From NCBI GenBank assembly GCA_045615685.1, contig JAZLFG010000023.1, positions 6,818 through 70,817 on the forward strand: a stretch of 64,000 nt of DNA, read 5' to 3'. The position numbers were made by a program, and so were the translations under genes. The notes below the pieces were generated by a model that was not told the DNA's origin, searched no databases, and saw nothing but the letters and a program-made list of their open reading frames with translations. This document shows positions 48,371 to 57,079 of the stretch, one piece after another (positions within the stretch are counted from its first letter, which is position 1; each line of letters starts with the position of its first letter). This stretch comes from Faecousia sp. (GTDB lineage Bacteria > Bacillota > Clostridia > Oscillospirales > Oscillospiraceae).

Positions 48371-48811
48371 TTAATTATTGCCATCCGTACGCCGCACCGG
48401 ATTACAGATATCGCAGAGTGTGTCTGCAACCTCCATATGAAACTGGCGCTGCTGGGTCAGATCCGCCAGGGAGACCATGCCTACAAGCTTTCCATCGTGC
48501 TCCACCGGCAGCCGCCGTACCTGCTCGGCTGCCATGCGGTTGGAGGCCACCGCTGCCGGATCCCCCGGCCCCACAGAAACCACCCGTCGGGTCATTACCT
48601 GCCGTACCGTCAGCTCTGCCGGATCCTCATCCGCCGCCACGCACCGAAGCACAATATCCCGGTCGGTCAGCATCCCCCGAAGCTTCCCATCTCGGGAGCA
48701 GACGGCCAGGGCGCCCACATTGTGCCGCGCCATCAGTCTGCCTGCCATTGCCACCGTCTCCTCCGGCAGGACGGACACCACATCCTTTGTCATTACATCC
48801 TTGCCCTGCAT
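48371..48811 (-). CDS. CBS-pair domain protein
   Basis: 146 aa comprising two CBS motifs (VMTKDVVSV...; VMTRRVVSV...LPV.HDGKLVGMVSLADL). Confidence 0.85.
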   Translation of the reverse strand: MQGKDVMTKDVVSVLPEETVAMAGRLMARHNVGALAVCSRDGKLRGMLTDRDIVLRCVAADEDPAELTVRQVMTRRVVSVGPGDPAAVASNRMAAEQVRRLPVEHDGKLVGMVSLADLTQQRQFHMEVADTLCDICNPVRRTDGNN

Positions 48812-48821
48812 ACGTTCCTCC

Positions 48822-48855
48822 TTAAAAAGCCCCCGCCGACAAGAGCCGACGGGGG
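48822..48855 (-). terminator. Rho-independent terminator after nfnB, abutting the CBS gene RBS
   Basis: On the minus-strand RNA: CCCCCGUCGGC-UCUU-GUCGGCGGGGG (11 bp, 2 G-U pairs), then CUUUUUAAGGAGG and the CBS ATG. Confidence 0.65.
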
Positions 48856-48891
48856 ACTGTCTATGAAAAGTATGCCAAAGTCGTTGTCAAA

Positions 48892-50280
48892 TTAAACATC
48901 GTGGCTGATTCTTTCGTGGATCGCTTGCGCGGCTTTTTTTCCTGCGCCCATGGCCAGAATGACCGTAGCCGCGCCGGTGACGGCATCTCCGCCGGCGAAG
49001 ACGCCTTCCCTTGTGGTCATGGAGTTTTCGTCCACAATCAGGCAACCCTTGCGGTTTACCTCCAACCCTGGTGTTGTGGTGCGCAGCAGCGGGTTCGGGC
49101 TGGTGCCCAGAGCCATGATGACCGTGTCTACCTCCAACATGAATTCACTGCCCGGCAGAGCAATGGGGCGGCGGCGGCCGCTCTCATCCGGCTGCCCCAG
49201 CTCCATGCGCACGCATTCCATCCTTGCAGCTCTGCCATCACTGTCGCCAAGGATGCGCACCGGATTGTGAAGCAGACGGAATTCAATTCCCTCTTCCTTC
49301 GCGTGGTGCACCTCCTCGGCCCGGGCAGGAAGCTCTGCCTCGCTGCGGCGATAAACAATGTAAACGTGCTCTGCGCCAAGCCGCTTGGCGCACCGGGCCG
49401 CATCCATGGCCACATTGCCGCCACCGACCACCGCTACATTTTTAGACTTTATGATGGGCGTGTCGCTCTCTTCCTCGAAAGCACGCATAAGGTTGATCCT
49501 TGTCAGGTACTCGTTGGCAGAGTAGACGCCCTGGAGCGCCTCGCCCTCAATGTGCATAAACATGGGAAGCCCCGCGCCGGAGCCAATGAATACCGCCCGG
49601 AAGCCCATGTCAAACAGCTCGTCTATGGAAAGCACCCGGCCAATCACCATATCGGTCATAAATTTTACGCCCATAGCCTTTAGCTTCTCTACCTCATTGG
49701 CTACAATCGCCTTGGGCAAACGGAATTCCGGGATGCCGTAGACCAATACGCCGCCAGGCGTGTGGAGCGCTTCAAAGACCCACACCTCGTAGCCCAGCTT
49801 AGCCAGATCGCCCGCGCAACTCAGGCCAGCAGGGCCGGAACCGACCACCGCAATCTTGCTCCCATTGGGCTTTGGCTTTTCCGGCATTTTGTTTTCGTTT
49901 TCCCGGTACCAGTCGGCCACAAACCGCTCCAGCCGTCCGATGGCTACGGGTTCTCCCTTTGCGCCACGAACGCACCGGCTTTCGCACTGGCTCTCCTGGG
50001 GGCAGACCCGACCGGAAAGCGCCGGAAGCGTATTGGTGTCGGAAATGATGGCATAGGCAAGGGCAAAATCCCCCACCGCCACTGCACGGATGAATTCCGG
50101 AATGCGAATATTGACCGGGCAGCCCAGAATGCAACCAGGGTTTTGACAATTCAGGCAGCGATTTGCCTCCTCTATTGCCTGCTCCGGGGTATAGCCCAGA
50201 GCAACTTCAAGAAAATTATGGCTTCTAACCTCCGGTACCTGCTCGGGCATCGGGGTCTTGGTTGCGGACAGATTACGCAT
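48892..50280 (-). CDS. nfnB: NADH-dependent reduced ferredoxin:NADP+ oxidoreductase subunit B (GltD-like, 'homotetrameric glutamate synthase' family)
   Basis: 462 aa. The N-terminus has 2x[4Fe-4S] cysteines (CLNCQNPGCILGCP), followed by FAD/NADPH Rossmann motifs (VAVVGSGPAGLSCA, VAVVGGGNVAMD). It is paired with a PyrK-like subunit as in Clostridium kluyveri NfnAB. Confidence 0.75.
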   Translation of the reverse strand: MRNLSATKTPMPEQVPEVRSHNFLEVALGYTPEQAIEEANRCLNCQNPGCILGCPVNIRIPEFIRAVAVGDFALAYAIISDTNTLPALSGRVCPQESQCESRCVRGAKGEPVAIGRLERFVADWYRENENKMPEKPKPNGSKIAVVGSGPAGLSCAGDLAKLGYEVWVFEALHTPGGVLVYGIPEFRLPKAIVANEVEKLKAMGVKFMTDMVIGRVLSIDELFDMGFRAVFIGSGAGLPMFMHIEGEALQGVYSANEYLTRINLMRAFEEESDTPIIKSKNVAVVGGGNVAMDAARCAKRLGAEHVYIVYRRSEAELPARAEEVHHAKEEGIEFRLLHNPVRILGDSDGRAARMECVRMELGQPDESGRRRPIALPGSEFMLEVDTVIMALGTSPNPLLRTTTPGLEVNRKGCLIVDENSMTTREGVFAGGDAVTGAATVILAMGAGKKAAQAIHERISHDV

Positions 50281-51133
50281 GGCAGTCCCTCCCCAGCGTG
50301 TTCAGACGGCAGAGGTGGGTTCTTGCAGTCTCCTGCTCCCGTTCTCGGTAGACGCTGTTGCGATTCATCAGCTCGTCAAAATCCACCAGATGGCCGTCAA
50401 AATCCGGCCCATCGACGCAGGCAAATTTTACCTCGCCGTCCACCGTAACCCGGCAGCCGCCACACATGCCCGTACCATCTACCATGATGGGATTCAGGGA
50501 CACAACGGTCTTTACCCCAAAGGGCTTCGTGGTTTTGGCAACAAATTTCATCATGGGGATCGGGCCAATGGCCAGCACCTCGTCATACTGCCGCCCTGCC
50601 TCTAAAAGGGCCTGGAGCTTAGCCGTTACAAAGCCCTGCTCGCCATAGGAGCCATCATCGGTCATTACATAGAGGTGGTCGGAGGCAACGCGGAATTCCT
50701 CCTCTAAAATGACAATATCCTTGCTGCGGAAGCCCACAATGACATCTACCTCCGCACCTGCTTCCCGAAAGGCCACAGCAGAGGGATAGGCAATGGCGCA
50801 GCCAACACCGCCGCCGATCACGCATACCCGGCGCACACCCTCTGTATGGGTGGGCTTTCCCAAGGGGCCAACAAAATCTGCCAATACGTCGCCCTCTTCC
50901 ATCGCGCCCAAAAGCCTGGTAGATAGGCCAACCTTCTGGAAAATGATGGTGACCGTGCCCTTTTCCCGGTCATAGCCTGCGATGGTCAGAGGCACTCGCT
51001 CTCCCCTGTCATCGACGCGGAAAATGATGAACTGGCCCGCCTGGGCCTTTCTTGCCACATAAGGAGCCTCGATCTCCATCCGCGTCACCGCTTCATTGAG
51101 CTCCTGCTTATGAACGATTTTGTACATAGGCAC
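50273..51133 (-). CDS. nfnA: NfnA-type FAD/[2Fe-2S] subunit (PyrK / sulfide dehydrogenase-like)
   Basis: 286 aa with a ferredoxin-NADP reductase-like fold and a C-terminal cysteine cluster (CGGCRV...FACVDGP). It overlaps the nfnB start. Confidence 0.75.
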   Translation of the reverse strand: MPMYKIVHKQELNEAVTRMEIEAPYVARKAQAGQFIIFRVDDRGERVPLTIAGYDREKGTVTIIFQKVGLSTRLLGAMEEGDVLADFVGPLGKPTHTEGVRRVCVIGGGVGCAIAYPSAVAFREAGAEVDVIVGFRSKDIVILEEEFRVASDHLYVMTDDGSYGEQGFVTAKLQALLEAGRQYDEVLAIGPIPMMKFVAKTTKPFGVKTVVSLNPIMVDGTGMCGGCRVTVDGEVKFACVDGPDFDGHLVDFDELMNRNSVYREREQETARTHLCRLNTLGRDCHA

Positions 51134-51141
51134 ATCTCTTT

Positions 51142-52101
51142 CTACTTTATTGATACAGTACGGGAACGGTCCATGTGTGAAAGCTTTTCCCGTATATAGA
51201 TTGTCTTTTCTTTTGTCACTGCCTCCCAGGAGAAGTGCTCTGCCAGCTCCTGTGGGGTGCAGCTCTCCGGCTTTGGCAGAAGTCCCGCCCCGTAGGCAAG
51301 ACAGCCCACCAGCTGCTGTGCTGTGAACCTGGTACGAAGGGCCTGCAAATCCAAATCGCCGTCTCGTTTGGAAAGCCGACGGCCATCCGGAGCCACTAGG
51401 AGCGGCACATGATAGAACTGAGGCGCCTCATAGCCCAGAAGCGAATAGAGATAGAGCTGCCGGGGCGTGGAGCTGAGCAAATCGCAGCCCCGCACAACCT
51501 GTGTCATGCCCATATCCCCATCGTCCACCACCACCGCCAGCTGATAGGCGTACACTCCATCAGACCTGCGAATAATGAAATCTCCGCAGTCATGCAGGAG
51601 GTTCTCTTGATAGAACCCTTGCAGACCGTCACAAAAGGAGATTGTCTCATCTCTCGTCTTGAGCCGCCAGGCAGGGGACCTCCCGATGGCGAGGCGCTGG
51701 TTCTCCGTTATGCTCCGGCAAGTGCCGGGATAGATCGTCTGGCCGTCGCTTGCGTGAGGCGCCGAAGCTGCATGAAGCTCTGCGCGGGTGCAATAGCATG
51801 GATAGACCAGATCTTGCGCCTGAAGGCGCGAAAAAGCCGCCGCATAGTGCGCCGTGCGCTGGGACTGGCAAGGCGTTTCCTCATCCCAGTCCAAGCCCAG
51901 CCAGCATAAATCCTCCCGAATTGCGTCGGCATATTCCCGTTTGGAGCGATCCGGGTCTAAATCCTCTATTCGTAGAAGCATCCTTCCACCCACAGAGCGC
52001 AGCGAAAGCCACGCCAGCAGCGCCGAAAACACATTGCCAAGATGCATCCTGCCCGAAGGACTCGGCGCAAAACGCCCCACCTGGGGTTTTCCCTGCTCCA
52101 T
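51142..52101 (-). CDS. gluQ: tRNA glutamyl-Q(34) synthetase (GluRS catalytic-domain paralog)
   Basis: Contains GRFAPSPSGRMHLGN (HIGH-like), RIEDLD, a zinc knuckle CYCTRAEL...YPGTC and RLSKRDG (KMSKS-like). About 319 aa with no anticodon-binding domain. Confidence 0.85.
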   Translation of the reverse strand: MEQGKPQVGRFAPSPSGRMHLGNVFSALLAWLSLRSVGGRMLLRIEDLDPDRSKREYADAIREDLCWLGLDWDEETPCQSQRTAHYAAAFSRLQAQDLVYPCYCTRAELHAASAPHASDGQTIYPGTCRSITENQRLAIGRSPAWRLKTRDETISFCDGLQGFYQENLLHDCGDFIIRRSDGVYAYQLAVVVDDGDMGMTQVVRGCDLLSSTPRQLYLYSLLGYEAPQFYHVPLLVAPDGRRLSKRDGDLDLQALRTRFTAQQLVGCLAYGAGLLPKPESCTPQELAEHFSWEAVTKEKTIYIREKLSHMDRSRTVSIK

Positions 52102-52113
52102 ATGGCTCCTTTC

Positions 52114-53088
52114 TCAGTAGCCCTCTGACAGGCTGACTGTGTTGCAAAGCGCCTCCCCTGCCAGATAGCGGCGAAGATTGCCCAAGAAAATATCCCAAAT
52201 CACCGACCTTGTCGCCGGAAGATGTCCCTGACCAACACCCGCCACATGGGGCGTAAGGAGAACCCGCTCCGTATGCCACAGGGAATGCCCCGGTGGCAGC
52301 GGCTCCTGCTCCATCACATCAAGCCCCACGCCAAAGAATTTGCCTTGTCCCAGTGCATAGAGCAAATCCTCCGTGCAAATCAGACTGCCCCGACCCACAT
52401 TAATTAAAATGGCATCGTCCTTCATAGACATCAGGCGCCTTTGGGTCAAAAGATGAGCCGTTTCCGGTGTGCCCGGCAGGCAGCCAAACACTGCGTCTGC
52501 TTTCGGCAGCTCTGCGTCCAACTCCGGCAGGGTGATGATTCTGTCAAAGAGTGGGTTCTGCCGCTCGTGCCTGCAAAAGCCGACCGTCGCCATCTGAAAG
52601 GCCCGCAGCCGTTCGGCAAGAGCTGTGCCCAGATCTCCCGTGCCAAGGATCAATGCGGTTTTGCCTGCAAGGCCCCATTCCGCGCCGAGGTCATGCCAAA
52701 CCTCCTGCCGCTGCTGCGCACCGTAGCTTGGAAAACGTCGGGCCAGCGCCAGGAGCATGGAAATCGCGTGCTCACTGATGGTCACACCATAGGCCCCGGA
52801 GGCATTGGTCAACGTCACATCGTTTCGTGTGCGAAGCGCCGGGATAAATCGATCCGCCCCCGCCCAGGAAATTTGCAGCCATCGAAGGCCCTCGGCTCTA
52901 CAGAGCACCTTTGGATCGGGTTCGCCAAATATGACTTCCGCATGGCCAAAGAGCTCCGGATCGGCAGGGTTCTCTTTCGTCAAAAACATCGGTGTCAGTT
53001 TCCCGTCGCAGATGGCGAGAACTTGCTCGCGCATTGCTTCGTCACAGGGAAGCAGCACCAGAAGTAGCCGTTCACTGCTGTGCTCCAT
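52114..53088 (-). CDS. D-isomer-specific 2-hydroxyacid dehydrogenase family protein
   Basis: NAD-binding motif LILGTGDLG and catalytic R..E..H (NVGRG..., LTPHVAG). ATG 53088 has AAGGAGG 9 nt upstream; the ORF-track TTG at 53109 is rejected. Confidence 0.8.
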   Translation of the reverse strand: MEHSSERLLLVLLPCDEAMREQVLAICDGKLTPMFLTKENPADPELFGHAEVIFGEPDPKVLCRAEGLRWLQISWAGADRFIPALRTRNDVTLTNASGAYGVTISEHAISMLLALARRFPSYGAQQRQEVWHDLGAEWGLAGKTALILGTGDLGTALAERLRAFQMATVGFCRHERQNPLFDRIITLPELDAELPKADAVFGCLPGTPETAHLLTQRRLMSMKDDAILINVGRGSLICTEDLLYALGQGKFFGVGLDVMEQEPLPPGHSLWHTERVLLTPHVAGVGQGHLPATRSVIWDIFLGNLRRYLAGEALCNTVSLSEGY

Positions 53089-53165
53089 TCGGTTCATCCT
53101 CCTTCGCAAGGCGCCGGATCGCGCGCAACTAGGGTTTTATCCATTGAAAAGGCTATAGGTGCTCC

Positions 53166-54548
53166 TCAATAATAAGGAGAATAGATTGCATCCGAAGAAA
53201 TTTCCTCTTCGTAGGGATTATAATGCTCATTTATCAGCTTCGCCGTGGTCTCCGGCCAGAGCACATAGTAGGAGCCGCCTCCTATATAGGCAGCCTCTCC
53301 TGGCAGGGTGTTGGTCTGCATATTTCCGGTGCCAATCTCCTTTGCTGTCTTGGCAAGCCAGGCAAGCTCCTGAATGCTCAGATTCGTCGTGGTATTGACT
53401 GTGAGCAGGGTTGCCGCCGCCGGGGCCTTCCAGATATTCTTGATCGTCAGCCACTGGCCAAGCGCAGAACGGATAAAGTCTCGCTGCACCTGCACCCGTT
53501 GCAGATCTGCTAAGGCATAACCCGAACGGAAGCGCACCACCCACATGGCCTCCTTGCCGTTCAGCCTCTGCTCCCCGGCGCACAGGTTGATATGGAGATC
53601 CTGACTGGGATCATCATAGGTCATATCGCAGGGCACATCGAATCGGACGCCACCCATCAGGTTTACCAGGCGTTCGAAGCAGTCGAGATCCACAAGCACA
53701 TAGCCGTCCGGACGATAGCCGATGCACTCCTCTGAATAATCCAGCAATCGTTCCATACCCTCTTTCCCGCCGCCGGCCGTACCATAGACCGCGTTGAGCT
53801 TGGGCACAGAAACGTCCATGCTGGTATAGGTGTCCCTGGGCAGCGAAAGAAGGTTCAGCTCTCTCGACGCCTTATCCATATAGAGAAGCATCATGGTATC
53901 GGTACGCATCCCGTCGGCGTCGGTACCGGCCAACAAAATAGCGGTACATCTGTCCCGATGTGCGCCCAAGCGCTTCCCGGGCTGCCGGGCAAACATCCAC
54001 ACAGCCGCCACAAACAGAGCCAACAGCAATATAAGCACCAGCAGGAATTTTAGGAATCGATGTTTTTTAGGCTTCTTTTTTCCCGGGGGCATCTCCCTTA
54101 CACGCTGGCGAGACATTGGGGCTTCCTCATGGACGGCATAGCTTTGCTCATAGGTTTTTTGCAAAACAGGCTGAGAATATCTGCTTTGTCGGGGCAGTTT
54201 TTGGGTCAACTCACCCCGCTCCGGCCTTTGCGGAGGTCTCGGGTTTCCCCGGTTGGCCTTCTGGGCAGCCCGGGTGGCATAGTCGGGATTGTAGGCACGG
54301 ATAACTGCCCCGGAATTGGTCTGGGGGTTATAGTGCATGGCGGCAGCCTCTTCGTCATAGCCGGGAAGCTGCGGCTCCTCCCTCACTCCATAGCCATTGG
54401 CCGCGTTGCGGACGGGGAAATCCATCTCCGGCAAATCACTGTCGTCCAACTGCACATCAAATACATCTTCTTGAATACCGAATTCCTCATCCAGAAGATC
54501 GTCCACATTCCGGCGCAATTCCTCATAGTCAAAGCCATCGTGCTCCAC
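53166..54548 (-). CDS. LytR-CpsA-Psr (LCP) family cell-wall polymer transferase
   Basis: A cytoplasmic tail, one TM helix (FLLVLILLLALFVAAVWMF) and an LCP domain (TDTMMLLYMD...LLSLPRDTY). I prefer GTG 54548 (GAGGGGG 7 nt upstream); TTG 54605 is the longest-ORF alternative. Confidence 0.82.
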   Translation of the reverse strand: MEHDGFDYEELRRNVDDLLDEEFGIQEDVFDVQLDDSDLPEMDFPVRNAANGYGVREEPQLPGYDEEAAAMHYNPQTNSGAVIRAYNPDYATRAAQKANRGNPRPPQRPERGELTQKLPRQSRYSQPVLQKTYEQSYAVHEEAPMSRQRVREMPPGKKKPKKHRFLKFLLVLILLLALFVAAVWMFARQPGKRLGAHRDRCTAILLAGTDADGMRTDTMMLLYMDKASRELNLLSLPRDTYTSMDVSVPKLNAVYGTAGGGKEGMERLLDYSEECIGYRPDGYVLVDLDCFERLVNLMGGVRFDVPCDMTYDDPSQDLHINLCAGEQRLNGKEAMWVVRFRSGYALADLQRVQVQRDFIRSALGQWLTIKNIWKAPAAATLLTVNTTTNLSIQELAWLAKTAKEIGTGNMQTNTLPGEAAYIGGGSYYVLWPETTAKLINEHYNPYEEEISSDAIYSPYY

Positions 54549-54700
54549 GCGCAAGCCCCCTCTCGTTTTTCTTATTTTATCGCGGTTTTCCGGCTGTGTA
54601 AACAAGAAAAATGTTTTTTGTGAAATCGCTGCCTTTCTCTTTACGAAGGGCGGCAGAATGTGCTATTCTATATAAAACCCGTGATGAAAGGGGTAAAGCT

Positions 54701-55846
54701 ATGGACGTCGCCATCTGCGCCTGCACGAGCTATGAGATAGATACCTGCCGGGAGGCGCTTACTGCTGTTTTAGATCCCCTGGGTGCATTGGATTGGGTAA
54801 AACCCGGCATGAAGATTGCCATCAAGGCAAACCTTGTCTCCTTTATGCGCCCGGATGCCGCCGCCACAACCCATCCGACACTTCTGTGCGCGCTGACTGA
54901 GCTTTTGATTCAAAAAGGAGCCAGCGTAGTCATCGGCGATAGCCCCGGTGGTCTCTATGCCTCAGCTTATGTAAACCATGTCTACCACATAACCGGGATG
55001 CGAGCGGTCGAAGCCTTTGGCGCCAAGCTCAACCAGGACTTCTCTCAGAAGGTCGCGGAATACCCGGCCGCAATGGCAGCCAAGTCCTTCCAGTATACCG
55101 CCTGGCTGGATCGGTGCGACGGAATCATCAATTTCTGCAAGCTGAAATCCCACGGCATGATGGCCATGTCCGCAGCCACAAAAAATCTCTTTGGCACCAT
55201 CCCCGGTACGCTTAAGCCGGAATATCACTTTAAATATCCCGATCCCCGGGACTTTGCAAGGATGCTTGTGGATCTCGCCGAATACTGGAAACCGCAGCTT
55301 AGCATTGTGGACGCAGTGGTTGGGATGGAGGGCAATGGCCCCACTGCCGGTACGCCCAAGCCCATTGGTGCGGTGCTGGCAGGCTTTAGCCCCCACAAGG
55401 TCGATCTGGCCTGCGCTTCCATATTGGGCATCGCCCGCAGTGAGGTTCCGACACTCGATGCCGCCCTGGAGCGGGGCTTGATTCCAAAATCGGTAGAAGA
55501 TTTAGACATCTGGGGAAATTTATCCGAATTCCATGTGCCGGACTTCAAAAAAATTGAAACGAAGAACGACATTTTATTCCAGGATGATTTTAGCGGCCTA
55601 CCGGGAAAAATTGTCTCTCCCTTCCTGCGACGACACCTTGCCTCCCGTCCCAAGCTGAAAAAGGACTCCTGCATCGGATGCAAAAAATGTGCCGAGATTT
55701 GCCCCGCTAAGGCCATCTCAATGCGAAAAGGCAAACCCTCCATCCATAGAAACGCTTGCATTCGCTGCTTCTGCTGCCAGGAATTCTGCCCCAAGGGCGC
55801 AATGACGGTGGCCAGGCCACCCCTTGCCAAGCTTCTTAACCGCTAA
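54701..55846 (+). CDS. DUF362 domain protein with C-terminal 2x[4Fe-4S] ferredoxin domain
   Basis: A DUF362-like body (KPGMKIAIKANL..., KLKSHGM) and a C-terminal CIGCKKCAEICP...CIRCFCCQEFCP. ATG 54701 has AAAGGGG upstream. Confidence 0.8.
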   Translation: MDVAICACTSYEIDTCREALTAVLDPLGALDWVKPGMKIAIKANLVSFMRPDAAATTHPTLLCALTELLIQKGASVVIGDSPGGLYASAYVNHVYHITGMRAVEAFGAKLNQDFSQKVAEYPAAMAAKSFQYTAWLDRCDGIINFCKLKSHGMMAMSAATKNLFGTIPGTLKPEYHFKYPDPRDFARMLVDLAEYWKPQLSIVDAVVGMEGNGPTAGTPKPIGAVLAGFSPHKVDLACASILGIARSEVPTLDAALERGLIPKSVEDLDIWGNLSEFHVPDFKKIETKNDILFQDDFSGLPGKIVSPFLRRHLASRPKLKKDSCIGCKKCAEICPAKAISMRKGKPSIHRNACIRCFCCQEFCPKGAMTVARPPLAKLLNR

Positions 55847-55888
55847 AAAAGCGCCGGTCAACCTCCAGGAGGCACCGGCGCTTTTTTT
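55845..55888. terminator. Bidirectional terminator between DUF362 and the Cys-rich orphan
   Basis: AAAAAA-GCGCCGGT-caa-CCTCC-a-GGAGG-c-ACCGGCGC-TTTTTTT. Confidence 0.88.
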
Positions 55889-55894
55889 GGGCTC

Positions 55895-56698
55895 TTAGCT
55901 CTTTGCTCCGCCCTCAGCGGGTTGTGCACAATCCGGCTTTTGGGGGAAAAAGGCTTGGTAGGGGAAGTCGATCCGGGAGAAAACATCACAGGGATCCTCC
56001 TGGCAGCCCGGATCCACCGCGCAGGTCTTCTGCGGCACACAATACTGTCCGCTTGGCATAGTGAGCTGGGCATCGCGCTCCAGACGGATGGTGGAAAACT
56101 GACCGATGGTGAGATACATTCGCCGTCCGGCATGATCCAGCACCAGCTCCCGGCCAAAGATATTCCGAATCTCTTCGGGAATCTCCGTCAGCTCCCGGGG
56201 AGAGCCCTCAGAGGATTCGAGCACTCGGGACGACAACACCATCGGGTCGATGACCTCCACAATGGCCTCCGGCGGCTGCTGGGCAATGGGCATGGGAAGA
56301 CCTGTGTGCCGACTGGAATAAATTTTTGTGCTGGACTCGCCGCCGTAGAGCACCACTCGCTTTTGGAATACCGCCACGCCGTCAAGACTGCCGGAGCGTA
56401 CCCCATTGGACGTAGCCTCACCGTGCACCCGATAATAGAATGTAAGGTCAACCGAATTATAGCCCCGCTGGAACGCCAGCTCCTCCACATCAATGGAAAC
56501 CTTAAGCAGCTCCACACTCCGGGCTCTGGCTCCTGCAGAATGATCCATCAGAGCCTGGGAATCTTCGGTCAGATAAACGCGAAGATCTTCAATGCAGTCC
56601 TTATCCAGACACACATCGGTGATTTTGTTTGTATGGATGCAAATCGCACCCTGCTGCGGCGCACAGCCGCCAGAAAATTCCGGTACCTGTTCAGCCAT
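55895..56698 (-). CDS. Hypothetical Cys-rich protein (267 aa), no family recognised; possible spore-associated protein
   Basis: Strong RBS (GGAGGT 7 nt upstream). Cysteines cluster at both termini (C12, C20, C30, C35 and roughly 6 in the last 45 aa). No signal peptide or TM helix. Confidence 0.65.
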   Translation of the reverse strand: MAEQVPEFSGGCAPQQGAICIHTNKITDVCLDKDCIEDLRVYLTEDSQALMDHSAGARARSVELLKVSIDVEELAFQRGYNSVDLTFYYRVHGEATSNGVRSGSLDGVAVFQKRVVLYGGESSTKIYSSRHTGLPMPIAQQPPEAIVEVIDPMVLSSRVLESSEGSPRELTEIPEEIRNIFGRELVLDHAGRRMYLTIGQFSTIRLERDAQLTMPSGQYCVPQKTCAVDPGCQEDPCDVFSRIDFPYQAFFPQKPDCAQPAEGGAKS

Positions 56699-57079
56699 AG
56701 GATTACCTCCAGATATAACGTAAAGCCACAGTTGCTTTCAGAACCATTCTATGAGCGCAGAGCCTGTTTGTGACTACAAATCGACTCGAAGGTAATATTC
56801 TTCCCCAAGCCGGAAAAATTAAAGCGGAATACGTTCCAATAGCAAAGCAATAATTTACACAAAATTTACATTTTTCCTCTTTCATGCGGCGACATTTATT
56901 TGTATGATAAAATTGGTTTTTTTCGGAAATCATTCAAATAAGTCTAATAGTGTGACGTCAGAGGAACAAGTTCTATCGCTATTATGCCACAGGCATTTCA
57001 AAGCGGTGATACGAATCAAGGGAACGAAGCAAAGGCACGATCGTGACCTGCAAATCTTACGATACGAGGAGAAATACAC

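Noticed and set aside
56699-57079. A 381-bp AT-rich spacer and ~170-nt leader upstream of the Na/Pi transporter, with TGACGTCA (56953-56960), the CACGATCGTG palindrome (57036-57045) and GATACGA direct repeats (57008, 57061)
   Set aside because: I could not fold it into a convincing conserved-looking structure or match any riboswitch class. Palindromes of 8-10 bp are expected dozens of times by chance in 64 kb. A covariance search would be needed before calling anything.
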